Shown here in pieces: positions 35,903 through 46,150 of a stretch of DNA of 46,501 nt. A program made the translations under genes and the position numbers. Source of the DNA: a virus (Duplodnaviria; Caudoviricetes); the IMG/VR virus record IMGVR_UViG_3300030397_000347, positions 1 to 46,501 of that record; one strand, given 5' to 3'. Every line of letters begins with the position of its first letter. Position 1 is the stretch's first letter. The notes under the pieces were generated by a model. That model was given only the letters and a program-made list of their open reading frames with translations, had not been told where the DNA came from and ran no database searches.

Positions 35903-36525
35903 GCGGAAAACAAACAGGTAATGGGATAATCATTGAAGCCCGTGAAACGGGCGTAGGCGATTATGAAGCGGTCGGTTGCATCTATGGTGTTCAACCATCC
36001 GGCATCGAGTATGACACTGTTGTTGATGAACAGTGCCTAGACGAAACAGGCACACCAGCTACAGAGCTGGGCGACCCGCAAGCTAGTGAATCCATCTTCA
36101 CCCACTCTTACTTCCCTGGCGGTTCATCAACAGAGAAACTACGTGGGTGGGCCTACAACCGCACCCTATGCGATTGGCGGATTGTTTACCCATCTAACAT
36201 CAGCTGTGCCGCAGGCGTCATTGAACAGTTCAAAGGACGCATCCGCGTATTCCAACCAGCTGAAGCAACCAAGACAGAATTCATGCGTGTGCCAGTCACC
36301 GTTTTGGTTGACGGTAACGTATCGATGCAGTGCCTTGGTCAAACCGTGGTTGATATTGCGGCAATGACTGCATTGGCAATCGGCACACTCACAACTGGCG
36401 ATCACGTACGCCTAGACAACGGTGACGTATACCGATGGGATGCAGCGGCTACATCAGGTGATGAAGAACCTGATGACAAAGCCAACCCCGGTGTCGATCC
36501 TGGTTATTGGATACTTCAACCGTAA
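35899..36525 (+). CDS. Major tail tube protein with C-terminal extra domain
   Basis: QTGNG, CLD, DWRIVYP, FKGRI, VLVDG lambda gpV-like pattern. Confidence 0.75.
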   Translation: MSGKQTGNGIIIEARETGVGDYEAVGCIYGVQPSGIEYDTVVDEQCLDETGTPATELGDPQASESIFTHSYFPGGSSTEKLRGWAYNRTLCDWRIVYPSNISCAAGVIEQFKGRIRVFQPAEATKTEFMRVPVTVLVDGNVSMQCLGQTVVDIAAMTALAIGTLTTGDHVRLDNGDVYRWDAAATSGDEEPDDKANPGVDPGYWILQP

Positions 36526-37035
36526 ATGTCTGATACCTTCAGCGTTGAACTTGATGGCGTTGACCCGTTGTTGCGAAAGCTGCAACGGGTTGAACGTCGA
36601 TCTACCCAACGTAGTATTTTGCGTAGGGCTTTCAAGTCTGCCACCGGACCTGTGAAGAAAGCAATGCGGCGAAACATCCGCAGTGCTGGTGCAGTGCGGA
36701 GTAGAGCCCTAGCTAAGTCAATTCGCGATAAGGTCAAGGTCTACAACAGCGGCATTGTTGTTGCAGTGGTTGGCCCCAACAGTAAGAAGGTTGACGGTGT
36801 TAGCCCATCACGTTACGCTCACTTAGTTGATAAAGGGGTGGCACCCCACAACTATAAGAAGAAACAGCTGACCCACGTGCAACGCTATGACGGCACGTGG
36901 TTCACGCACCGCACCCATCCGGGTAGCAAACCAAAACCATTCTTGAAACAGACTGAGCAAGCTGTACGCACAGCTGTGAAAGGTGTGTTCAAACAACGGC
37001 TAGAAATTCTAATCAATAGGGCATTAACAAAATGA
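36526..37035 (+). CDS. HK97 gp10-like neck/tail protein
   Basis: Basic; LAKSI, RYAHLVDKG, HPGSKPKPFL. Confidence 0.85.
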   Translation: MSDTFSVELDGVDPLLRKLQRVERRSTQRSILRRAFKSATGPVKKAMRRNIRSAGAVRSRALAKSIRDKVKVYNSGIVVAVVGPNSKKVDGVSPSRYAHLVDKGVAPHNYKKKQLTHVQRYDGTWFTHRTHPGSKPKPFLKQTEQAVRTAVKGVFKQRLEILINRALTK

Positions 37036-37376
37036 ACCAAGCACTAGCAAAGATGCGACTAAAAGGTGCAGTACCTGTAGAAGAGGTAACAGGCATCCCT
37101 TCAAGCTACCTATGTGCACCATCAGCCACCATGATGATGCAATTACATGAAACGCTTGAAAGCTTTGGAATTGAAGTTAAGGAAGAGGCCACACTTGAGA
37201 TGGGAAGTCTGAACGCCGCCCAGCGTACCCAGTGGGTAAAGCAAATGGCAGTTTTCATCAGTTCAATTCTGTTAGATGTAGAAGGTAACAACATGCTTTC
37301 TGTGGCAGAAGCTGAACAACTGCCACACACTGTACTTGAACAATTGATGGATAAGGCACCGCTAAAAAAAAGCTAA
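37032..37376 (+). CDS. Tail assembly chaperone (gpG-like)
   Basis: Upstream of tape measure; LLDVEGN; ends in an A8 slippery run. Confidence 0.75.
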   Translation: MNQALAKMRLKGAVPVEEVTGIPSSYLCAPSATMMMQLHETLESFGIEVKEEATLEMGSLNAAQRTQWVKQMAVFISSILLDVEGNNMLSVAEAEQLPHTVLEQLMDKAPLKKS

Positions 37377-37621
37377 ACACATACCCTGACTATGCATTCC
37401 AGCTGTGTGAACAGTTGGGGATAATCCACCCCAAATTTTTATTAGAACAGCTGACTTACGGTGAGTTCGAAGAGTGGTTCAAGTATCACTTGAAACATCA
37501 CAGCTACACCGAGTATGTAGAACTGTACGGTGGCGATGGTGACGTGATGTCAGCCGAAGAACAGTTCCATTTTTTAGAAGAACTGAATGCAAAGCGAAAG
37601 GCTGCACGCGATGGCAGTTAG
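37364..37621 (+). CDS. gpT-like -1 frameshift extension of the chaperone
   Basis: -1 frame open from A AAA AAA: KLNTYPDYAFQLCEQLGIIHPKFLLEQLTYGEFEEW. Confidence 0.75.
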   Translation, partial: KKKLNTYPDYAFQLCEQLGIIHPKFLLEQLTYGEFEEWFKYHLKHHSYTEYVELYGGDGDVMSAEEQFHFLEELNAKRKAARDGS

Positions 37622-39260
37622 AATAGGTCGGTTTAGCGTATCCATCACAGGCACCGCGATTGGTTTTGAGCGTGTGCTAAATGATGCAGGTGCAGCTGCT
37701 CAAAAATTCCAAAGACGCATTCAAGGCATTGGCACATCACTAACCGCACTAGGTGCAGGTATCTCAGCTGTTGGTGCTAGCCTAGTCGCACCGTTCGCCC
37801 TAGCTATCGACAGGGCCACAAGATTTCAGGAAGCGACAACCAGATTTGGTACCATCTTTGAAGAGTCCACAGCCGATGTGAAAGCGTGGGGCGATCAGTT
37901 CGCCACATCAGTTGGACGTTCACGTTTAGAAGTACGTTCATTCCTAGCTGACTTCCGTGGGCAGTTCGATGAATTCAACGAATCCTTTGGACGTGGTTTC
38001 GGCGATGAGGTCAGTAAAGCCCTGACACAGATTGCAATCGATCTAGCATCCATCCGTGACCTTGATGTTGGTCAAGTATTCACCAACATTCAAAGCGGCT
38101 TAGCAGGCGAATCAGAAGCACTGCGGAAGTACACAATTGATGTATCCGCAGCAACGGTCAATGCCAAACTACTTGCAGCAGCGATCGACCCCAAGCTAGC
38201 AACACAAGGCGAAAAACGACTAGCACGCTTTTCATTGATTCTAGAGCAGACCACTAAAGCACAAGGCGATGCCATCCGCACTAGTGGCGATTTCGCCAAC
38301 ACAATGCGGCGATTCCAAGCAGCAGTATCTGATGCAGCAGTGTCAATAGGTAGTCACCTGATACCTGTTCTAACACCTATCGTGCAGCGAGTAGCGGCAG
38401 TCACTAAAGCAGTTGCAGACTTCGTTGCCAACAACCGCACACTAGTGTTGTCAGTTGCAGCCATAGGCGTAGCCATCACCGCATTCGGCGGCACTGTCTT
38501 AGCAGTGGGCACAGCAATTGGCGGTTTCTCTCTGATACTTGGTGCCATCGGCACAACCGCAGCTGGAATACTAGCACCCATTGCTGCGGTCGCAGCTGCC
38601 ATTGTCGCAATTGGTGCCGCTATTGCCTTTGTCACCTTCCGATTCACCAAGTTTGGCAAGTCAATCAAAGAGGCAGTCACAGGTGCACTGCCAGAAGTTG
38701 ACACCTCACAGTTCACGAAAGAGATTGATGAAGCACTAGCACAGACCAATGCAGCCTTGGAAAAGATCGGCAAGACCAAAACAGAAATCAACCTGAACAA
38801 AGAAAAGATTGAAGAGGCAAAGGAAGCAGCGAAGCAGCTGCAAGAACAACTAGAACGTGAGGGTAAAGCCCTAACAGTTAGCCTACGCACACCCTTTGAA
38901 ACCTTTGAAGCATCCATCAAGAAAGTCAATCAACTGCTGCAAGCCAATGCCATTACGCAACAAACCGCAGAACGGCAAATTGCACGGCTACAACGTGACC
39001 TGCTTGAATCACAAGATGAAATAGAGCTGAACACAAGGCAGGCAGTGGCACAGAATATTACAGTGCGTGGTAGCCAAGCCGAAGTTTCGTTCAGGGCAAA
39101 TCAAGAGGCACGTGAAAAGAAAGCAGAACAGCAACGCGAAAAACAACTTGCACAGGAACAACGGCAGACCAGGTTGCTAACACAGGCCAACGATACCCTA
39201 AAGAAAATTTTGGATAGGACAAACACTACACCCCAATTAGCTACGGCATCTATTCGATGA
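37611..39260 (+). CDS. Tape measure protein
   Basis: Ala-rich helical; DLAS, SGLAGESEALRKY, QGDAIRTS, hydrophobic middle, LRTPFE; ATG 37611. Confidence 0.92.
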   Translation: MAVRIGRFSVSITGTAIGFERVLNDAGAAAQKFQRRIQGIGTSLTALGAGISAVGASLVAPFALAIDRATRFQEATTRFGTIFEESTADVKAWGDQFATSVGRSRLEVRSFLADFRGQFDEFNESFGRGFGDEVSKALTQIAIDLASIRDLDVGQVFTNIQSGLAGESEALRKYTIDVSAATVNAKLLAAAIDPKLATQGEKRLARFSLILEQTTKAQGDAIRTSGDFANTMRRFQAAVSDAAVSIGSHLIPVLTPIVQRVAAVTKAVADFVANNRTLVLSVAAIGVAITAFGGTVLAVGTAIGGFSLILGAIGTTAAGILAPIAAVAAAIVAIGAAIAFVTFRFTKFGKSIKEAVTGALPEVDTSQFTKEIDEALAQTNAALEKIGKTKTEINLNKEKIEEAKEAAKQLQEQLEREGKALTVSLRTPFETFEASIKKVNQLLQANAITQQTAERQIARLQRDLLESQDEIELNTRQAVAQNITVRGSQAEVSFRANQEAREKKAEQQREKQLAQEQRQTRLLTQANDTLKKILDRTNTTPQLATASIR

Positions 39261-40387
39261 GTACAATAAACGTCTACCTATGTGACACGCCGCAGTCATC
39301 AGAAACCGGTGACGGGTTGACCCTGCAAACGGTGTGGAATGTCGATCTAGTCAGGGATACACCAGGTGAAGAACTAGATGCAGCTGACATAGACCCCATC
39401 AAGATCTTGACCGATGCAGCGTTCAACGCTTTGCCTGATAGGGGTGATACCTACAGCCTAGGTACCAACCTGACAGCCGTTAGCCGTGACGTAGGTGAAC
39501 TACAACGCATCCCAAACGATGATCTGATCAGACGACAGGTTGTCGTTAGCTATGAACAGATTGTGTTGCAGGGTTCTAACGGGCAAGTGATCACAGCGGC
39601 ATCACTAGACCCAACCAACTGGATACCTGAAGTAGTCGTCAACGGACAGATGCAGAGCTACAACGTTAGCCGTGCATTGTTCAAAGGCTTCTATGAATCA
39701 GATTTCACAACCAACGATTATGACCCATGTGCCGCTGGCTATGTGGCACCCACAATGCAAGACGTGTCAAACAGCTTTGCAACGATGGAAATCGATAAAC
39801 ACAGCCCCATTCAGAACACAGCCGGACGCACCTTTGCGGAAGGGATAGACATCGGGCGTGTTGATCAGGTTATCGAGATTACAAAGTATTTCAGTAGCTT
39901 CAACCTAGATGCGGGCAAGTGCTATCAGAACAAGTTGAACAGTGCTGCTGTTGACCTATCGATTGCCGGTAAGAATTTCACCTTCAATGCTGACCCATTG
40001 GAGTTGTGGCTAGTCCGATTCAAACCACGGGCACAGCGACTAGCACAATTCAACCTGAACTATTGGGCTATCACCTATGAGTTGCTTTATCGTAAGGGTG
40101 GCCACTACATCGATATCAGCAACATCGGCACTGTGCGTGGGTTGCAAGCAGGTGACCCTGATGGACACGGTGGTACTGTCAGCCAAGTCAGCACACCTGG
40201 TGTTTCACCGGTGATGGCTAATCGTGGGCTCGATGGTTTTGTTGATGAAGATCCAAAATTCTTGAACCGTTCAGGCAGGTCATTTGTAGATGAACCTGAT
40301 GCCACATTCTTACGATATCAAGCACAACCGACGATGGATTTTAACGACGCTAACCTAGCACTGGTTGGCAACGGAGTAGGGCCTTGA
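39257..40387 (+). CDS. Tail tip / distal tail protein
   Basis: Directly after TMP; beta-rich; NTAG..F, YWAITYEL. Confidence 0.65.
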   Translation: MSTINVYLCDTPQSSETGDGLTLQTVWNVDLVRDTPGEELDAADIDPIKILTDAAFNALPDRGDTYSLGTNLTAVSRDVGELQRIPNDDLIRRQVVVSYEQIVLQGSNGQVITAASLDPTNWIPEVVVNGQMQSYNVSRALFKGFYESDFTTNDYDPCAAGYVAPTMQDVSNSFATMEIDKHSPIQNTAGRTFAEGIDIGRVDQVIEITKYFSSFNLDAGKCYQNKLNSAAVDLSIAGKNFTFNADPLELWLVRFKPRAQRLAQFNLNYWAITYELLYRKGGHYIDISNIGTVRGLQAGDPDGHGGTVSQVSTPGVSPVMANRGLDGFVDEDPKFLNRSGRSFVDEPDATFLRYQAQPTMDFNDANLALVGNGVGP

Positions 40388-42099
40388 AAATTTTATCTTC
40401 TGATGATCTACGTTTTTTGAAACAGTGGATCAATGACGTTGAAGCACGGTTGATGCAGAAACTGAAAAACATGTTTCTGAAATCACGCCAACGTGATGAC
40501 GTACAACTGTTCTACCACGCTTCACCGATTGCCCCAGCATCAATAAACGGCACTGAGCTGACACCGTCAGTAGTCTACGCAAACCATGCAACGCTTGACA
40601 CATCCAGCGGCAATGAGGTGTGGAAAGCAGATGGACCATCGGAGCCAATCTACAACCGCGTTAACGTTGAAATACCGGCAGGGTTCACTACGTGCAACCG
40701 TGACCACCGCAGCGGCAGATGGTTTGCAGAAGTCAGTGCTAAAGCAGTTGAAGCATCTAAACTACGTCGGTGGGGGATCGCAAGTCTATGTAGCGGCATC
40801 ACCAATGAGTGTTGTTTGTTTGACGGGCGTGTTGTTCACAACGACGATCCTAAGAACTGCGATCATGATCAATGTGTAAAAAAAGTTTGGATAACTTGTG
40901 AGAATAGAGAACTACTACCCGACTATGACTATAACGTCGGGGGTGCATGGGTAGATAGCTATGGCAATCGCTTTTCAGCTGATTACTGCGATTGGGCCAG
41001 AAGCACAGGCAAGTTGGTGACATGCGACGAAGAGGAACGTGAAGTGTATGCAGTTAGATGCCCATGCATACCGTGCACATGTCCCAACCCAGCGGAGGAA
41101 GTAGTCAAAGCTAAGATCACATACCCCAATGGCACCTGTGACAATGTAGACGGAATTGAATTTAGCTTAGGTTGCATATCGCAAGACCCAATTACAGGGT
41201 ACACAGTTGACAACACTAGCCCAGCACCAAATCCGTTTTTTGGTTGGACTATGTGGTGGGGTGAATTCACGATCAGTGGCCGCTACCCCATGATCGGCTA
41301 TGAAATGGAACTTGACCCTGATTTTGAAATCACACTGCCTAGTGGCGACACTACACCGATCGTGTACACAGTGCTGTTACCCGGTAATGACCCGTGCAAC
41401 CCAACTATAGAATATTGGGCTGACGATGATGGTGATTGGGTGGAAGTGTTCAGCCCTGTTTTTGATGAAGATGCTTCACTAGGTGCACCTGAACTAATCT
41501 TCAATAGTGATAATGAGGTGATGACTAGGCCGGTGACATTTCGTTACGGCATGCGTGCACATTGTGACCCACTCTGTCAAGCAGCTGGTGTGCCCACTGT
41601 TAAACCTGACGTCATCTACCACCTACCACCAGACCAATACCTACCACGCACCACAGACAGCTGTGACGGTGTTGATTGGGCTTGTGGTCTAGAGCCAGTC
41701 AGCAGCAACACACCATTGGTCAGCGTACCATCTGACGGCAACACACCTGATGTTGACTTCCCAGAGCCGGAAGGTATTACCGGCACACCTGAAACTGACA
41801 GCTGCTGCTACATATCACCGAAGTGGGATCTATCAGGGTTTGACCCTGACTTCGGTCAAAACTCAATTCCGGTATGTGGTGAAGTTGGCCCATTCTCGAA
41901 TCTAGGCGACCTAGTAGCCAACACACTTGAATGGCATGTGTTTGGCGGTTGTCCTGATTTCATCAAGGATATGCTTCGCACTATCTTTGCAAACCCATTG
42001 CTTGAGTTAGACGTACCATCAATGACGCCGGGAGCGTTAAACATACAATTTGAATGGGGCAGGAATCGCGAAGAATGCGAAGAATTAGAATCACTGTAA
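40384..42099 (+). CDS. Cys-rich acidic tail tip protein
   Basis: 25 Cys in 571 aa, including CPCIPCTCP; position after the distal tail gene. Confidence 0.6.
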   Translation: MKILSSDDLRFLKQWINDVEARLMQKLKNMFLKSRQRDDVQLFYHASPIAPASINGTELTPSVVYANHATLDTSSGNEVWKADGPSEPIYNRVNVEIPAGFTTCNRDHRSGRWFAEVSAKAVEASKLRRWGIASLCSGITNECCLFDGRVVHNDDPKNCDHDQCVKKVWITCENRELLPDYDYNVGGAWVDSYGNRFSADYCDWARSTGKLVTCDEEEREVYAVRCPCIPCTCPNPAEEVVKAKITYPNGTCDNVDGIEFSLGCISQDPITGYTVDNTSPAPNPFFGWTMWWGEFTISGRYPMIGYEMELDPDFEITLPSGDTTPIVYTVLLPGNDPCNPTIEYWADDDGDWVEVFSPVFDEDASLGAPELIFNSDNEVMTRPVTFRYGMRAHCDPLCQAAGVPTVKPDVIYHLPPDQYLPRTTDSCDGVDWACGLEPVSSNTPLVSVPSDGNTPDVDFPEPEGITGTPETDSCCYISPKWDLSGFDPDFGQNSIPVCGEVGPFSNLGDLVANTLEWHVFGGCPDFIKDMLRTIFANPLLELDVPSMTPGALNIQFEWGRNREECEELESL

Positions 42100-42512
42100 A
42101 GTTAACTGAAAGAGGGTTACGGTACCCAATGCCATCAGGCAAGTTGCTGCTGTTCAAAATCGGCAAAGAAACAGCTTGCGTGTCTGAGTTTGATTGGCAT
42201 CTAGTATCGAAACAGAATTTTGAATTGGTAGGCGATTGCCTATTAGAAACATCAGAAAGACGTGGTGTAGAAGGAGGTATGCCGATGGGATGCTGCAACC
42301 AATCAAATGTTGCATCACGTGATAACATCAGGTACAGTACACACCCTGAACTATTTGAGAAGGTCACTGTCACTAACCATGCAGCCACACCCCAACCGCT
42401 AATAGGTAAAGTGAGCGGCAGATCGTATAGCCTTCGGCGTAACGGGGAAGTAGTAGCGGTATTGAAAACCGATATCGAAGCTGAGCCTGAAAAATATGAA
42501 TCTTTGCCCTAA
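42075..42512 (+). CDS. Hypothetical protein with possible internal start at 42285
   Basis: AGGAGG at 42272-42277 precedes in-frame MGCC. Confidence 0.55.
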   Translation: MRRIRITVKLTERGLRYPMPSGKLLLFKIGKETACVSEFDWHLVSKQNFELVGDCLLETSERRGVEGGMPMGCCNQSNVASRDNIRYSTHPELFEKVTVTNHAATPQPLIGKVSGRSYSLRRNGEVVAVLKTDIEAEPEKYESLP

Positions 42513-42702
42513 CAAAAACAAGCTGTGTTACTGTAACCCCCAAGTAGGCGAATGGTACACCATGCTTGATAAAGATCATGCAATCATTAACCGCAATGAG
42601 CGTTTTCAGATACTTCAATCTGAACCAAGGGATGGGGCTTATTTAGCGTCCTACAAAAACGTTGAAACATGGGTGGGCGGTTTTCGCAGGGTACGAAAGT
42701 GA
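42496..42702 (+). CDS. Hypothetical protein
   Basis: ORF track; overlaps both neighbours as in an operon. Confidence 0.5.
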   Translation: MNLCPNKNKLCYCNPQVGEWYTMLDKDHAIINRNERFQILQSEPRDGAYLASYKNVETWVGGFRRVRK

Positions 42703-43016
42703 TTGACTTTATTATTCACAGCCTTGCAGTGTGGCGTATTTGTACGATCGTTAATCGTGAGAATGGCCCCTACCTAATCCTAGAACGTATCAGGTTGCGG
42801 GCTGGTGCATGGCGTGATGATATGGGGCTGATTCAGAGTAAAGAAGGCAGCATCGCTGACTTACTGACTTGCCTGCTGTGCTTATCAGTATGGCTCGGTA
42901 TTGCTACCGCACTATACGCAGGCAAAAGTATTTTATATGGGTTTGCCATCAGTGCAGCCTGCATGTTCATTGAATCTATTTATACACGCATCAAATTTCA
43001 GGTAACCCAACGATGA
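42699..43016 (+). CDS. DUF1360-like membrane protein
   Basis: LAVWRI.....ENGPY.ILERIR...LLTCLLCLSVW. Confidence 0.75.
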   Translation: MIDFIIHSLAVWRICTIVNRENGPYLILERIRLRAGAWRDDMGLIQSKEGSIADLLTCLLCLSVWLGIATALYAGKSILYGFAISAACMFIESIYTRIKFQVTQR

Positions 43017-43363
43017 TCATTAGCTACGTCAACGATGGCAGCGGTGAAATTAAACAGGCCGAACTAGACAAAGACGATTGCGTGTGCACCCTGCCTGTAG
43101 AAGTGCATAAGGGTGAAAAAGTCAGAATCAAGCTATGCCCGTGCAACATGCCTGCCGATGCCGATAGCTATTATATCACAGGGCAAAAAGTAGGTTACAA
43201 TGCAGTGATGTATCCCGCTACCCGTGATGGTGATTGCATCTACGCTGACATGATGTTTTGTGCCGAAGGGCACTACAAGATTCACGCAGGGTACACTGAC
43301 AATAGTAAGTCATACGTTGTAACAGGAATCCACACCATCAATGTCACAACACCACTTTTGTAG
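43013..43363 (+). CDS. Hypothetical Ig-like beta-sandwich protein
   Basis: Beta-rich; EGHYKIHAGY..INV. Confidence 0.5.
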   Translation: MIISYVNDGSGEIKQAELDKDDCVCTLPVEVHKGEKVRIKLCPCNMPADADSYYITGQKVGYNAVMYPATRDGDCIYADMMFCAEGHYKIHAGYTDNSKSYVVTGIHTINVTTPLL

Positions 43364-43694
43364 CTACGACGGTTGCGGTGTGTTGGTAGAAGGGCATACA
43401 CGCTGTGAGAATCATCGCAAACGCAACAGACCCACTGACTACAGAGGCAGTGCAGGCAAACCCATTGAACGGGGTGGTAGGGGCTATGATTGGAAGTGGC
43501 GGAAGGTGCGTGACGCCTACCTAGCCAAGAACCCATTGTGTGAACGATGTATTGAAGCAGGGCAACCCGTGACGGCAACAATCGTGCACCATAAAATCGA
43601 AGTAGAGAAGGCACCGCACCTAAGATTGAATAGCGGTAACCTTCAATCAGTGTGTGCGTCATGCCATCAACTAATTCACCAAGGAAATGAATAA
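43341..43694 (+). CDS. Packaging-associated HNH endonuclease (HK97 gp74-like)
   Basis: CSYDGC..C..H, RGYDWKWRKVRDAYLAKNPLCERC, VHHK, NLQSVCASCH. Confidence 0.92.
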   Translation: MSQHHFCSYDGCGVLVEGHTRCENHRKRNRPTDYRGSAGKPIERGGRGYDWKWRKVRDAYLAKNPLCERCIEAGQPVTATIVHHKIEVEKAPHLRLNSGNLQSVCASCHQLIHQGNE

Positions 43695-46024
43695 TGGTTA
43701 TCCCTGCAAAATTCGCCACACACGACATTTTCAACGAACAAGGCAAGGTACGCTTCACTATCAGCCCTGATGGGCAGGTGCTGCTACCATCGGAAGTCTA
43801 CAAGGCTGATGGCACACCTGTTGTGTTTGAATCTGAATCAGCAGTGGATAACGTTGCAGCACTGATTGCGAAAACGGATAGTGTCAACGGGGTAACTTAT
43901 GCAACCCTTGGCTACCACACTTCAGGTGATGGCGGTGACAATCGATACACATACCGATCAACCGGTAGAAGTGGTGTCACCTTGAATGGGTTCTACCTAA
44001 CAGGTGCAGGTGCCGACGACTACTACGAAGCAGTTAACAAGGAAGTCATACATGCAGCACAGTGGGGCATGAAAACAGACGGTAGTGACAACCTTGCAAT
44101 TCTCAATACTGCTATCACAGAAGCTTCTGCCAATGGTCAATGGATTGTGTTTGGGTTCGGCACCTACACGCTATCAGGGCAAGCAGCAATTAAAGACGGT
44201 GTGAAGCTGCACGGGCGGGGTATGTTCAGCGGCACCGTCATTCTGTGTACTGATCAAAATGTAGATGTGTTTGATTTAGAGAACGCACAAAACGTCACTG
44301 TCTGTCACATGGAAATCACAGAAAATGCAACACCCGACAACCTTACAACCGGTGGGGCGTTCCGATCTGGCACAGGTGGCGGCACCATCGGTGTTGATTC
44401 AACAGACACAGTTGAATTGCACCACCTGTACCTTCACAACTTCGGCTCACAGGCTTGCCTATTTCAGACAGGTGTTAGGAACTTCAACATCCATGATTGT
44501 TTTGTCACTGAATGCGGCAGAAGTGGATTCACTTTTAATGGTATTCAAAGGTTACGATTCACCAACAACATAATCGGCACCACCGGCGATGATGGGTTAG
44601 CCATCAACAATGTATCGAGCCGTGCAGTGGTGACAGGCAATCTGTTTGACGGTTGCGGCAAACATTCTGATAACGTACCAGGTGCAATCAAGGTACACGG
44701 ATCGGCAGTGGCAATTACAGGCAATGTGTTTAGCAATGTTGTGACTGCCTTGTATACAAAAGCCCACTCCGACTATGAGGCAAACAACAACCCGGCATCA
44801 GAAGCAAGGAAGGTGGTGTATAACGGCAATGTGATTCAGAACCTTGCAGCTGATGATGCTAGTCACGGATTACCTGTGGCAATTCGAGTTGAACAAGGGG
44901 TTATGATCAACCTCACTAATAACTTTGTGAACGCGATTGGGTTAGACGGCAACCCGCGTAAAGCAATTGAGATTGAAGGGTGTCACACTTTACGTTCTTC
45001 AAACAATACCTATATCGGTGCAAACCTAACTATTTCCCAACCGGGCAGACCTGTTGGTGATATTCAGTTTGTCAACGATGATTTTCACTTAGGTATGGGT
45101 AATGGTGATAGCGACGATGATTACCGACTGATCAGCATGACATCAAACTGTATGATTGATCGGGCTACGTTCAGACATTGTCGGTTTGCAAAAACAGTCA
45201 CAACACTAGTGAAGACACAGTCAGGCTGCACAGTTAATGAGTTGATACTTGATAACTGTGAAGTCATCAGACCCGTACCACATAGCACACTTGATACCAA
45301 TCTGACTAACGGTGTTGGTGTTACAAGCCTTGATGTGTTTACTTCAAATTCTGAAGGCTATGACCGACCACTACTAGGCAACAACATCAGTAGTGGCGGC
45401 AAGATCTTGATATGTCGCTATGAGAATGACGCAATCGTGTCTGAATCAGCCACACTGTCAGCTGACTACACCATCGGCGATGCAACCATAAGCATCAACT
45501 CATTCACCCCATCCCGTGACTATGATGCTGTTGACACATGGATTGAAAGGGATCTTGACTACACCAACAAAGAATCTTTTGTGCATTTCAACTCAACAGC
45601 AACCGTGGGCAAGATGCTGGTGCGTGGTCGCTATTCACATGGTATGGCAGAGTATTCTGCACGCCGTGGTTCTAGTTCAGGCACCTTGACCGATCCTGTG
45701 TTTATGGATGACGGCAACAACGTGCTATCTGTTAGCGATGGCAACACAACCCCATCAGCTGGATGGGTGCGGCGTGTTAGTATGAAGACTGCCAATGGTT
45801 CAGCAACTGATGTGTATGGCTTCAATTCAATTGTTGAAGGTCAGGAAGTCACAGTCATTGCTGATGCTAATACAACATTCAAACACAATGACGCAACAGA
45901 CACACCGGAAGCAACCCTTGCATTAGATGGTGCTGCTGATTGGGCAGTGGGTGCAGGTGGTGGTGTGATACGCTTCATTGTTGATGGCATAGTGGCGAAA
46001 GAGATTAGTAGAGCATCGTACTAG
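43694..46024 (+). CDS. Right-handed beta-helix tailspike/depolymerase-like protein
   Basis: TLGYHTSGDGG spike N-domain, WGMKTDGSDN..GTY pectate-lyase-3-like start, TGDDGLAI, repeated V/ITGN.F strands. Confidence 0.8.
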   Translation: MVIPAKFATHDIFNEQGKVRFTISPDGQVLLPSEVYKADGTPVVFESESAVDNVAALIAKTDSVNGVTYATLGYHTSGDGGDNRYTYRSTGRSGVTLNGFYLTGAGADDYYEAVNKEVIHAAQWGMKTDGSDNLAILNTAITEASANGQWIVFGFGTYTLSGQAAIKDGVKLHGRGMFSGTVILCTDQNVDVFDLENAQNVTVCHMEITENATPDNLTTGGAFRSGTGGGTIGVDSTDTVELHHLYLHNFGSQACLFQTGVRNFNIHDCFVTECGRSGFTFNGIQRLRFTNNIIGTTGDDGLAINNVSSRAVVTGNLFDGCGKHSDNVPGAIKVHGSAVAITGNVFSNVVTALYTKAHSDYEANNNPASEARKVVYNGNVIQNLAADDASHGLPVAIRVEQGVMINLTNNFVNAIGLDGNPRKAIEIEGCHTLRSSNNTYIGANLTISQPGRPVGDIQFVNDDFHLGMGNGDSDDDYRLISMTSNCMIDRATFRHCRFAKTVTTLVKTQSGCTVNELILDNCEVIRPVPHSTLDTNLTNGVGVTSLDVFTSNSEGYDRPLLGNNISSGGKILICRYENDAIVSESATLSADYTIGDATISINSFTPSRDYDAVDTWIERDLDYTNKESFVHFNSTATVGKMLVRGRYSHGMAEYSARRGSSSGTLTDPVFMDDGNNVLSVSDGNTTPSAGWVRRVSMKTANGSATDVYGFNSIVEGQEVTVIADANTTFKHNDATDTPEATLALDGAADWAVGAGGGVIRFIVDGIVAKEISRASY

Positions 46025-46036
46025 AAAGGTGTGCAG

Positions 46037-46150
46037 GTGAGCGTGCCATTTTTTGTTGTGCTGTTTATCGTGGTATTACTGATAGTTATCACTGCGTACC
46101 AGCAAGGGTACAAAGACGCTCTCATTTGGGCTAAGGAGAAACGATCATGA
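46037..46150 (+). CDS. Small single-TM protein (37 aa, not in track)
   Basis: MSVPFFVVLFIVVLLIVITAYQQGYKDALIWAKEKRS; GAAAGG upstream. Confidence 0.55.
   Translation: MSVPFFVVLFIVVLLIVITAYQQGYKDALIWAKEKRS

Noticed and set aside
38354-38929. Long minus-strand ORF in the tape measure gene and similar antisense ORFs throughout
   Set aside because: Shadows of strongly supported + strand genes with no motifs of their own
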